The notes beneath the pieces were generated by a model, which had not been told where the DNA came from, made no database searches, and was given only the letters and a program-made list of their open reading frames with translations. Positions 18,208 to 26,321 of a DNA stretch of 64,000 bases are shown here, piece after piece (the first letter of the stretch is position 1; every line of letters begins with the position of its first letter). The DNA is from Bacillota bacterium (lineage in GTDB: Bacteria; Bacillota; Dehalobacteriia; Dehalobacteriales; Dehalobacteriaceae): NCBI GenBank assembly GCA_050945755.1, contig JBMNTN010000002.1, forward strand, positions 1,662 through 65,661, given 5' to 3'. The translations under genes and the position numbers were made by a program.

Positions 18208-19188
18208 ATGGCTAGAGAGAAGCTTGCAGCAACTGTCCAATCGTTACTGAATGCCAAAAACAATGCTTTCTTAAGAGGAAGATTGTCTGAATTGGAAAAG
18301 CTATTTATTAAACAAAAGGGTTATAATAAAGCCCTTGAAACAGAAAAAAAAGTTTTTTATGCCAAAGAACGGGCGGCAAAAGAAAGAAAGGCAAAGTATC
18401 ATTCCCAGCAAACAGAAACTATTATGGGAAGAGTAATATGGTCCGGAAATTTGGCTAAAGCGAGGGTAATAGAAACAGTAACTTGGTGGTATCAGGAGTA
18501 CAACCGATTGTATGCTCAAAGGCAACAGTACGATCACCAGTTAACTGTAGAAGCTAATAATAAAGATTGGCTGATTAAAGATGATAATTATCGGACTGAA
18601 CCTCAAGTAGCTACCATTCCTTGCCCGAGTAAAATGCAGTTTGATTGTCGAGAACCATTGAGAAAAATAGGTTATGGGGTTTTTCGTAGTTACAAGTTTG
18701 ACCGGAAGGCGGCCGTTGATTATGCACATCGCTGGTGGAACGGAAACAATCCGGCTTTTCGAGCATTTTCGGTTGATTGCACAAACTATGTTTCTCAAGT
18801 TTTGTATGCAGGGGGGATGCCTATGAATTTTACAGGCAAGCAAAATTCAGGATGGTGGTATCTGGGCTCCGGAGAAGAGAGCGATAAATGGAGTTATAGT
18901 TGGACTGTAGCCCATAGCTTGCGCTGGTATTTGGCCTCCGGTAAGGTTCATATTCCGGTGGAAGCAGTGGTTTCTCCAGACCGGTTGGAACCCGGGGACG
19001 TTATCTGTTATGACTGGGATGGGGATGGAGTGTGGCAACATAATACAGTTGTTGTTGGGCATAATGCAGAAGGACAGCCGTTGGTTAATGCTCATACAGT
19101 GAGTAGCCAAAATCGATTCTGGAATTACCAAGATTCCCCCGCTTGGAGTGAGAATACCCGTTATTTATTTTGGCATATTTTGATTTAG
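18208..19188 (+). CDS. putative amidase-domain protein (Amidase_6 / NlpC-P60-like Cys peptidase) with a coiled-coil N-terminus
   Basis: The C-terminal half carries YAHRWWNGNNP..F..DCTNYVSQVLYAGGMPM...WQHNTVVVG (Cys/His pair). The N-terminal 120 aa are K/E/Q-rich. Confidence 0.6.
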   Translation: MAREKLAATVQSLLNAKNNAFLRGRLSELEKLFIKQKGYNKALETEKKVFYAKERAAKERKAKYHSQQTETIMGRVIWSGNLAKARVIETVTWWYQEYNRLYAQRQQYDHQLTVEANNKDWLIKDDNYRTEPQVATIPCPSKMQFDCREPLRKIGYGVFRSYKFDRKAAVDYAHRWWNGNNPAFRAFSVDCTNYVSQVLYAGGMPMNFTGKQNSGWWYLGSGEESDKWSYSWTVAHSLRWYLASGKVHIPVEAVVSPDRLEPGDVICYDWDGDGVWQHNTVVVGHNAEGQPLVNAHTVSSQNRFWNYQDSPAWSENTRYLFWHILI

Positions 19189-19477
19189 CATTATGGATTT
19201 TTGGCTTTTGCATTTAAGCTAGAATTAAATAATAAATAAGCAAAATAAGAATTTCGGATTAGGATTTCTTTTTTGTAATTCGAGATATGAGATGCAACGT
19301 TAATTGAAGAATAGGTCTCTAGAAACAGTGGCAATATATAACATAACCTCAAGAAAAATCTTCTAAGGTGTAAAGGGATGACAATAATCAAAATTATTTT
19401 GATAATTATTACGGTGGCTTTTTTTTTAAGCGTGTTGCCTTTCCGGTTTCATATTCGTTACCATAAAAAAGGAAAGG

Positions 19478-20056
19478 ATGATTACCTTTGATGTCGCTTG
19501 GCAGGCGATTCCAGGCGTCTGGGGGGTTAAAATAGAAATTCCCTTTATTCAAATCAAACCAAAATTTTTGGGGTCTGTTTTTCGTATGGTTGCTGAGCTT
19601 GAGGGAGAAAAGGGATCGTTAATAAAGGAAAAACGAGAGAACATAGAAATTGATCCGGATTTTATAAAAAGAACAGTAATAGCTTTGCCTCATGTAGTGG
19701 GAAAAATTAGGGAAGTAAAAAGAGTGTTAATGTGGTTTATGGGGAAAGTTTACATACGAAGTTTTAAATGGGTCACAGAATTTGGTACCAGTGAACCGGC
19801 AAAAACGGGAATTATGATTGGCCTTCTTTGGTCAGCTAAGTCTCTGATCTATGGCTTTTTGCAGAAATCACTGGGTAGGATGCCGCGTTTTTCGAAGATC
19901 AATATAATTCCCAACTTTCAGAATTCGGTTTTGGCTTGGGATATGGATTGCATATTTGATGTTTCCTGCGGTCATATTATCATTGGCGGGATAAAAATGA
20001 TGTGGTATTTATTTATTAAAAAAGGGGGTAGAGGCCTTGAGCGACCATCCCATTGA
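19478..20056 (+). CDS. DUF2953 / YtfI-like sporulation protein. Probably frame-disrupted: the expected N-terminal TM segment is encoded in another frame at 19378-19488.
   Basis: Sits directly upstream of, and overlapping, the ytfJ homolog, as ytfI does in B. subtilis. See the finding for the frame analysis. Confidence 0.55.
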   Translation: MITFDVAWQAIPGVWGVKIEIPFIQIKPKFLGSVFRMVAELEGEKGSLIKEKRENIEIDPDFIKRTVIALPHVVGKIREVKRVLMWFMGKVYIRSFKWVTEFGTSEPAKTGIMIGLLWSAKSLIYGFLQKSLGRMPRFSKINIIPNFQNSVLAWDMDCIFDVSCGHIIIGGIKMMWYLFIKKGGRGLERPSH

Positions 20057-20474
20057 AAGTTTGATGAAAACAGCGATGGAAAGTATTAAAGAAATGGTGG
20101 ATGTAAATACTGTTGTAGGCGACCCGGTTGAGACTCCGGATGGGACAGTAATTATTCCTATTTCCCGTGTTTCCTGTGGTTTTGCTGCCGGAGGAGGGGA
20201 GTATGACACTCAAGCACCGGAAAACAAAACAGAGTTAAATAAGCTTCCCTTCGGGGGAGGGAGCGGGGCAGGGGTATCTGTTCAACCGATGGGTTTTTTG
20301 GTTGTGGGTAATAACCAAATTAGACTCCTGCCTGTTGACGGCAACATGGTCATTGATCGGTTAATTGATGTCGCACCCCAAGTTCTAAATCAGGTACAAT
20401 CTCTTTTTGGAAAAAATAAAAACAATGGGAGTACAACCACCGGGACAACTACGATGGCAGGGGGTAGTATTTAA
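20037..20474 (+). CDS. ytfJ: sporulation protein YtfJ (GerW family)
   Basis: The motif GDPVETPDGTVIIPISRVSCGFAAGGGEY is characteristic of YtfJ/GerW. Confidence 0.85.
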   Translation: MSDHPIESLMKTAMESIKEMVDVNTVVGDPVETPDGTVIIPISRVSCGFAAGGGEYDTQAPENKTELNKLPFGGGSGAGVSVQPMGFLVVGNNQIRLLPVDGNMVIDRLIDVAPQVLNQVQSLFGKNKNNGSTTTGTTTMAGGSI

Positions 20475-20517
20475 GCAGCCGTTACTAAATTAAAAATCTA
20501 TAAAAAACAAGCATTGG

Positions 20518-20554
20518 AAAAGGAAATCATGTGCAAGGCACTAGGTTTCCTTTT
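20518..20554 (+). terminator. compound hairpin terminator after ytfJ
   Basis: aaaaggaaa / tttcctttt outer stem with a gtgc-aag-gcac inner stem, followed by a T-rich tract. Confidence 0.55.
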
Positions 20555-20649
20555 AACATTTTTTCTAACTTTTTCTTGAAGGATTATTACCGTGATAAAA
20601 AGAATTAAATATATTTGTTTGAATTTGGTCAAGTTTATGGAGGTGCCCA

Positions 20650-21783
20650 TTGAAAAAAAATATCAACATGCTGATTATCGTATGTATAATACTTTTCTTA
20701 TATCCTGCTGCTGTTTTTGCAGGTCCGGAATTAAATGCCAAAGCAGCTATTCTTATTGATGCCGAGACAGGACGAGTACTGTTTGAAAAAAATTCCCAAG
20801 AACGACTTCCTATCGCCAGTACCACCAAAATAACCACCGCACTCATTACTTTAGAACGAGAAAAAAACCTGCAGAAAAGAGTTACTGTACCGGCAGATTT
20901 TATTAATCCGGGAGAGGCAGGAATCTGGCTGGAGCCGGGGGAACGACATACCTTGGAAGATCTCCTTTATGCCCTCCTGTTAAGATCAGCAAATGATGCT
21001 GCCTCTGTAATTGCTACGGCAGTTGGAGGATCGGAGGCTGGCTTTGTTCAATTAATGAATGATAAGGTCAGGGAATTAGGTTTGAAAGATACTCATTATG
21101 TCAATCCTCACGGTCTTCATGATGATAACCATTACTCATCTGCATATGATTTGGCGATGATAACGAGGGAAGCCCTGACTTACAAAGAATTTAGGAAAAT
21201 GATTATTACAGATAGACATATTTTACCTTGGCCGGGACATGAATATTCTCGGGTGGTACATAATAGGAATGAGCTTTTGGATACATTTGACGGAGCAGAT
21301 GGAGTTAAAACCGGTTATACACGACAAGCAGGCAGTTGTCTGGTTGGTTCTGCCACCCGGGACGGGATGCAGTTGGTTGCGATAGTTCTTCATTCTAATG
21401 GAATGTATGATGAAACAGCGAAACTATTGGAATATGGATTCGAAAACTATGAGGCACAACAATTATTTTCCAAAGGAAAAGTATTTGGAAAGATCCCTGT
21501 AGAGTTTGGTGAGAAAAGTGAAGTAAGAGTAGTAGCCGCTCGTGGCATCTCGACTACCGTCCAAAAAGCAGAAAGGGATAAAGTGGAACAAAGAATCAAT
21601 CTACCTGAGAAGTTACAAGCCCCAATTGAAAAAGGGCAAAATTTAGGTACTGTAACAGTAAAGGTAGGGACCGATACTTTTTTACGGGCTGACTTGATTG
21701 CCGACGAAAGTGTTAAGCAAAGTTCATTTTTGGCTTCTCTTTGGTATACAATCATAAATGTGTTTCAATTTTTTCTGTCATAA
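20650..21783 (+). CDS. dacB: D-alanyl-D-alanine carboxypeptidase, sporulation-specific DacB-type
   Basis: STTK, SAN and KTG motifs. TTG start after GGAGGTG. Followed by spmA-spmB, as in B. subtilis. Confidence 0.85.
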   Translation: MKKNINMLIIVCIILFLYPAAVFAGPELNAKAAILIDAETGRVLFEKNSQERLPIASTTKITTALITLEREKNLQKRVTVPADFINPGEAGIWLEPGERHTLEDLLYALLLRSANDAASVIATAVGGSEAGFVQLMNDKVRELGLKDTHYVNPHGLHDDNHYSSAYDLAMITREALTYKEFRKMIITDRHILPWPGHEYSRVVHNRNELLDTFDGADGVKTGYTRQAGSCLVGSATRDGMQLVAIVLHSNGMYDETAKLLEYGFENYEAQQLFSKGKVFGKIPVEFGEKSEVRVVAARGISTTVQKAERDKVEQRINLPEKLQAPIEKGQNLGTVTVKVGTDTFLRADLIADESVKQSSFLASLWYTIINVFQFFLS

Positions 21784-21792
21784 CACATGAAC

Positions 21793-21821
21793 GAGGCCGG
21801 GATTTTCCGGCCTCATTTTTT
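21793..21821 (+). terminator. intrinsic terminator between dacB and spmA
   Basis: gaggccgg-gatttt-ccggcctc followed by a T6 run. Confidence 0.75.
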
Positions 21822-21888
21822 ATTGTGCATAATTAAACGGTTGTCCTCATAAGGATTGGAAAGCAATATTTACAGGGAGAGGGCATTG

Positions 21889-22485
21889 TTGGTTAACCTA
21901 ATTTGGCTGTTCCTTTTGTTAACAGGGATAATTGTGGCAGGTATGTCTGGTAGGATTGAAATTGTTACAGAATCGGCCCTTCGGGCTGCACAGACTGGGG
22001 TAAATACTGCTTTGGAGATTATTGGTGTAATGACCCTCTGGCTGGGTTTATTAAAGCTTGCTGAAAAATCCGGTCTGGTAACAATTATTGCAAAATTGGT
22101 TCGTCCCATAGCAGTAATCCTATTTCCCAGTATCCCCAAAAACAGCCCGGCTCTGGGTTCAATAATTATGAATTTGAGTGCTAATATTTTAGGATTAGGT
22201 AATGCAGCTACCCCTTTTGGATTAAAGGCAATGAGTCAGCTTCAGGAACTGAATCCAAACAAGGAAGAGGCTTCTGATGCTATGATTACATTTCTTGCCT
22301 TAAATACTTCCTGTATCACATTGATTCCGGCCATGGTCATCAGCCTGCGTGTAACGGCAGGCTCGGCAAATCCTGTAGAAATTGTCAGCACTACTATCCT
22401 CGCCACAGCTTGTGGAACAGTAGTGGCAATTATTTTAGACCGATTTATCCGTAAGCGATATTACCGGAAGAAAGATAAGAGGTGA
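21889..22485 (+). CDS. spmA: spore maturation protein A
   Basis: TTG at 21889 after AGGGAGAGGG gives the N-terminus LVNLIWLFLLLTGIIVA, matching SpmA. Nucleoside-transporter-like membrane protein. Confidence 0.85.
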   Translation: MVNLIWLFLLLTGIIVAGMSGRIEIVTESALRAAQTGVNTALEIIGVMTLWLGLLKLAEKSGLVTIIAKLVRPIAVILFPSIPKNSPALGSIIMNLSANILGLGNAATPFGLKAMSQLQELNPNKEEASDAMITFLALNTSCITLIPAMVISLRVTAGSANPVEIVSTTILATACGTVVAIILDRFIRKRYYRKKDKR

Positions 22486-22490
22486 GAATT

Positions 22491-23024
22491 ATGATTGATC
22501 TTTTAACCCAAGTATCCCGTTGGGCAATTCCCGTGCTCTTATTTATTATTCCTGCTTATGCTTATATAAAAAAAGTCAATGTATATGAGGTCTTTGTTGA
22601 GGGGGCACAAGAGGGATTTACTACTGCAGTGAGGATTCTTCCATATCTCGTGGGAATGCTGGTAGCGATTGGAGTATTCAGAGCTTCCGGCGCTATGGAT
22701 TATCTTATAAAAATTATTTATCCTGTTACAGTTTTGTTGGGAATTCCGGGAGAGGTTTTACCCCTGGCGTTGATGAGGCCTTTATCCGGCAGTGGTGCAT
22801 TAGGTATCACGGCAGAACTGATTCAAACATACGGGCCGGATTCTTTTATCGGACGAGTAGCGTCTACGATGCAGGGCAGCACAGACACTACTTTTTATGT
22901 TTTAACGGTATATTTTGGATCCGTAGGAATTAAAAAATTTCGTCATGCCGTAACAGTGGGTTTAGCTGCTGATATTACCAGTTTTCTTGCTTCCGTTTTT
23001 ATTTGTCATCTGGTATTCGGGTAA
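22491..23024 (+). CDS. spmB: spore maturation protein B
   Basis: ATG after GAGGTG. The N-terminus MIDLLTQVSRWAIPVLL resembles SpmB. Confidence 0.85.
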   Translation: MIDLLTQVSRWAIPVLLFIIPAYAYIKKVNVYEVFVEGAQEGFTTAVRILPYLVGMLVAIGVFRASGAMDYLIKIIYPVTVLLGIPGEVLPLALMRPLSGSGALGITAELIQTYGPDSFIGRVASTMQGSTDTTFYVLTVYFGSVGIKKFRHAVTVGLAADITSFLASVFICHLVFG

Positions 23025-23091
23025 GTCGAATTGAATAACGAGGGAAAAATTGTTATACTTTTGCCAAAATCCCATAAGATGAGGTGGCAAC

Positions 23092-23811
23092 TTGGAAGAA
23101 CGGCTGCAAAAAATTTTGGCTCATGCTGGAGTGGCTTCCCGGCGAGCTTGCGAAGAATTGATCCTCTCTGGCAAAGTTAAAGTGGACGGCAGGGTTGTCC
23201 GGGAACTAGGGACAAAAGTTGATCCGGATAAGAATTGTATAGAGGTAGATGGTAAAATAATCGAGTCAAAAGAGGAACCGGTGTATATTTTATTATATAA
23301 ACCTTCCGGTTATGTCAGCACAGTCTATGATCCTCATAGCAGGCCGACAGTTCTAGATTTAGTTAAGGATATTAAAGCTCGGATTTATCCGGTAGGACGG
23401 CTGGATTATGATACTTCCGGACTGCTACTGATGACAAATGATGGGGAATTGACTAATAAATTAATTCACCCCAGCCGGGAAGTTGAGAAGGTTTATCATG
23501 CCTTGGTAAAAGGCATACCCTCTATGCACGAACTATCCCATTTAAGTAAGGGAATATTTCTAGAAGACGGTAAAACGGCTCCAGCCCGGGTTTGTCTCAA
23601 AAAAATCCAGGGGAGAAATGCCCTTATTGAAATTGCTATTCATGAGGGGAAGAATCGACAGGTGAAAAGAATGTTTGATGCTTTAGGATATCCTGTTTTA
23701 AGGCTAAAGAGGGTGGCTTTTGCATTTCTTACTTTGGACCGATTGACACCCGGCAAGTGGCGCTATTTACGTCCACATGAGGTGGAAGATTTAAAGAAAT
23801 TAAAAAGATAA
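23092..23811 (+). CDS. rluB: 23S rRNA pseudouridine synthase, RluB/RsuA family
   Basis: S4 domain (ERLQKILAHAGVASRR) plus the catalytic motif VGRLDYDTSGLLL. Confidence 0.85.
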   Translation: MEERLQKILAHAGVASRRACEELILSGKVKVDGRVVRELGTKVDPDKNCIEVDGKIIESKEEPVYILLYKPSGYVSTVYDPHSRPTVLDLVKDIKARIYPVGRLDYDTSGLLLMTNDGELTNKLIHPSREVEKVYHALVKGIPSMHELSHLSKGIFLEDGKTAPARVCLKKIQGRNALIEIAIHEGKNRQVKRMFDALGYPVLRLKRVAFAFLTLDRLTPGKWRYLRPHEVEDLKKLKR

Positions 23812-23939
23812 AACTAAAATTCCAGGTGTATAAAAAACCGTTATCTGCATTAATTTCGATAAATATTTTTCTTTTAAAAAGGTATTTAAATTTTAAAAGT
23901 GGAACATTAGCAAAAATGGAAAAAGAGTGCGGGTGCTAT

Positions 23940-23985
23940 AAAAATAGAATTGGCGCTTGTTTAAGGCAAGCGAGTTTGCGCCAAT
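23940..23985. terminator. hairpin between convergent rluB and the minus-strand stress-protein gene
   Basis: attggcgc (23949-23956) pairs with gcgccaat (23978-23985). On the minus strand a T-rich tract (ttctattttta) follows. Confidence 0.45.
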
Positions 23986-24098
23986 CCTTTTAGTACTTAC
24001 TCATACAAAATTTTTTGTCTGAAACCCTTGCTAGCGTAAAAACTCAAATGCCATTTCAAAATCTACATGCACTCTGCCGGTTTTTGCGCAAGTATTTT

Positions 24099-24584
24099 TC
24101 AACGGTTTGGGTACATTGGTTTATCAAGGCTTTTATTCCATTTTTCCACGTGTTGTGCTCCTGCTTCCTCAAGAACATTAGCAAGTTGATTAGCTTTCTC
24201 TTTATTGGTTTCACAAAGAACAAGGGTTTTTCCTTCACCGACTTTTTTACTAAAAAAATTTGCTTTCGTATCCGATAAGCCGTAATGCATTAATGCCCGA
24301 GTTATTCCATGTTCCGGTTGTTTTTGTAATATTTTGGCCAAAGGGCCGCCTGCTGCTGTCTTTCCCAAATCAGGTAGTTCGATTGTACCTGCAGACACTA
24401 AAACACCTTCTAATTCTTCCAGAGGAAAGAGTTCTTGCGCCATTTCTACACGAAAACTATCAGACAGTGTTTTTACAACGGAAATCTCACTGTTGGCCAG
24501 CCGTTTGGCATCAATTTTTTCTAAAGATTTGATTGCTTGAGGGTAACTTGTAAACACGCCGATTACCGTAATGCGAGCGCTCAT
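24099..24584 (-). CDS. general stress protein 17M (YflT)-like domain protein
   Basis: N-terminus ITVIGVF.....A......L......EISVV. The C-terminal GLSDTKANFFSKKVGEGKTLVLCE resembles YflT/DUF1269-type repeats. Confidence 0.45.
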   Translation of the reverse strand: MSARITVIGVFTSYPQAIKSLEKIDAKRLANSEISVVKTLSDSFRVEMAQELFPLEELEGVLVSAGTIELPDLGKTAAGGPLAKILQKQPEHGITRALMHYGLSDTKANFFSKKVGEGKTLVLCETNKEKANQLANVLEEAGAQHVEKWNKSLDKPMYPNR

Positions 24585-24681
24585 TTTTTCACTTCCCTTA
24601 TTGTTTTTCCATCATTAGCATCGGATAAAACCGGGTTTAATATGCAAAAGACCAGTAAACAATAATGAACAAGTAGTACAG

Positions 24682-24909
24682 ATGCCCAAGTGTCAAAGGT
24701 GTGGAAATAAAATGACTTTTTCAAGCAGCAGAATGCCCAATATTACGCCATGGGCTAATGGATTGACCGGCTAGTTTGAAGGTAAGGAATTAGCATATTT
24801 GGAGAATTTAGGGGTCCACAATGAATTATTACAATGTGCATTTGAAAACCCTCGAGAATACTTTGATACTTGCGCAGTATGTGGGTCAGCAAGTATTATT
24901 TGGCCTTGA
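24682..24909 (+). pseudogene. zinc-ribbon-like ORF (CQRC ... CAVC) interrupted by an in-frame TAG at 24772-24774
   Basis: Manual translation: MPKCQRCGNKMTFSSSRMPNITPWANGLTG-TAG-FEGKELAYLENLGVHNELLQCAFENPREYFDTCAVCGSASIIWP-stop. No clear SD. Confidence 0.3.
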
Positions 24910-24978
24910 GAAATATTTTACCATGAGAGGAAGTTACTGATATAATATTGAATTAAGATTAAGGGGGAGGGATTAAAC

Positions 24979-25518
24979 TTGGAAAATAAAAAACTAGAGA
25001 AAGGGCTAATCCAAGTATATACTGGGAATGCAAAAGGAAAAAGCACAGCGGCTTTCGGCCTTACCGTAAGGGCGGCCGGACATGGGTTTAAAGTTATTAT
25101 TATTCAGTTTATGAAAACCGGAAATTACTATGGTGAAATAACCGGTTTAAAGCGTCTCAGTCCGGAAGTTGAGGTTTATTCTTATGGACGGGAAGGATTT
25201 ATTCATCGTAACGGTGTAAAGCCTGAGGACATTGTTCTGGCCCATGATGCACTTAATCATGCTGAAAGAATGATGCTTGAACCGGAAACGGATATTTTAA
25301 TACTTGATGAGATCAACAATGCGTTGTTTTTTGGATTACTTACTGTTAAAGAAGTGTTGGAGTTCATTGAGAAAAAGCCGGAAAATGTAGAACTGGTTTT
25401 AACAGGCCGAAATGCACCAACGGAAATAATTGAAAGGGCTCATTTGGTTACAGAAATGAAAGAAATTAAGCATCCCTATCAACTAGGAATTGGGAGCAGA
25501 AAAGGGATAGAATATTAA
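24979..25518 (+). CDS. cobO: cob(I)yrinic acid a,c-diamide adenosyltransferase (CobA/CobO/BtuR family)
   Basis: GLIQVYTGNAKGKSTAAFG P-loop and ...LDE motifs. TTG start after GGGGGAGGG. Confidence 0.85.
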   Translation: MENKKLEKGLIQVYTGNAKGKSTAAFGLTVRAAGHGFKVIIIQFMKTGNYYGEITGLKRLSPEVEVYSYGREGFIHRNGVKPEDIVLAHDALNHAERMMLEPETDILILDEINNALFFGLLTVKEVLEFIEKKPENVELVLTGRNAPTEIIERAHLVTEMKEIKHPYQLGIGSRKGIEY

Positions 25519-25523
25519 AAGGG

Positions 25524-26321
25524 ATGATACATAGGATGAATTTTGTCAGATTTAGATTAAAGGATAAAATATTATATGGGGTTTTAGAAGATGGAACAGT
25601 ACAGCCTATCCAGGGATCGATTTATGCAGACTATAGTTTGCTGCCAGTAAAATATTCTTTAAATGATATAAAATTATTGGCCCCTTGTGAACCAAGTAAA
25701 ATTCTATGTGTGGGGTTAAACTACCGGGATCATGCGGAAGAAATGAATTTACAGATTCCTAAATGGCCTGTTATTTTTATGAAACCGTCAACAAGCGTGA
25801 TTGGACCGGAAGAAGAGATAGTATATCCTAATTCCTTTGTTAAACGGTTGGATTATGAGGCAGAACTTGCCGTAGTAATTAAAGAAAAGACAAAAAATAT
25901 AGAAACTGAAATGGTTGAGGAATATATTTTGGGTTATACCTGTGCAAATGATGTCACCGCCAGAAATATGCAGCCTAAAGACGGGCAGTGGACAGTGTCT
26001 AAATCATTTGATACTTTTTTACCTCTTGGTCCTTGGATTGTATCCGGGATATCTCCAGGTGGGCACAGTATTACCTGTACCGTTAATGGTGTTACTAAGC
26101 AATCCTCTAATACACGAAACCTGATATTTGATGTTCCATATCTGGTTAGTTATTTAAGTAAAATCATGACGCTACTTCCGGGGGATGTGATTATTACCGG
26201 CACTCCGTCAGGAGTTTCTCCTATCAGTCCAGGAGATGAAGTTACGGTGGCTATTGAGGGGATCGGCACTTTAACAAACAGAGTGGTAAAAAGAGGAGGA
26301 GTCTCTTGCCAAAGCATGTAG
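25524..26321 (+). CDS. fumarylacetoacetate hydrolase (FAH) family protein
   Basis: The motifs GLNYRDHAEE, YEAELAVVI and the C-terminal GD.I.TGTP.G are typical of the FAH fold. Confidence 0.8.
   Translation: MIHRMNFVRFRLKDKILYGVLEDGTVQPIQGSIYADYSLLPVKYSLNDIKLLAPCEPSKILCVGLNYRDHAEEMNLQIPKWPVIFMKPSTSVIGPEEEIVYPNSFVKRLDYEAELAVVIKEKTKNIETEMVEEYILGYTCANDVTARNMQPKDGQWTVSKSFDTFLPLGPWIVSGISPGGHSITCTVNGVTKQSSNTRNLIFDVPYLVSYLSKIMTLLPGDVIITGTPSGVSPISPGDEVTVAIEGIGTLTNRVVKRGGVSCQSM

Noticed and set aside
24015-24540. Plus-strand ORFs (87, 90 and 68 aa) overlapping the minus-strand 161-aa gene.
   Set aside because: The minus-strand ORF has a plausible stress-protein-like sequence. The plus-strand ORFs are Phe/Leu-rich shadow frames without an RBS.
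24772-24774. Reading the in-frame TAG as pyrrolysine.
   Set aside because: Pyl is essentially confined to methylamine methyltransferases, and no pyl genes or PYLIS-like context are visible in this window. I keep it only as a remote alternative in the finding.
24585-24978. Possible cobalamin riboswitch upstream of the cob(I)alamin adenosyltransferase gene.
   Set aside because: No B12 box (GCCACTG-like) or characteristic conserved stems are visible. The space is instead occupied by the amber-split zinc-ribbon frame.
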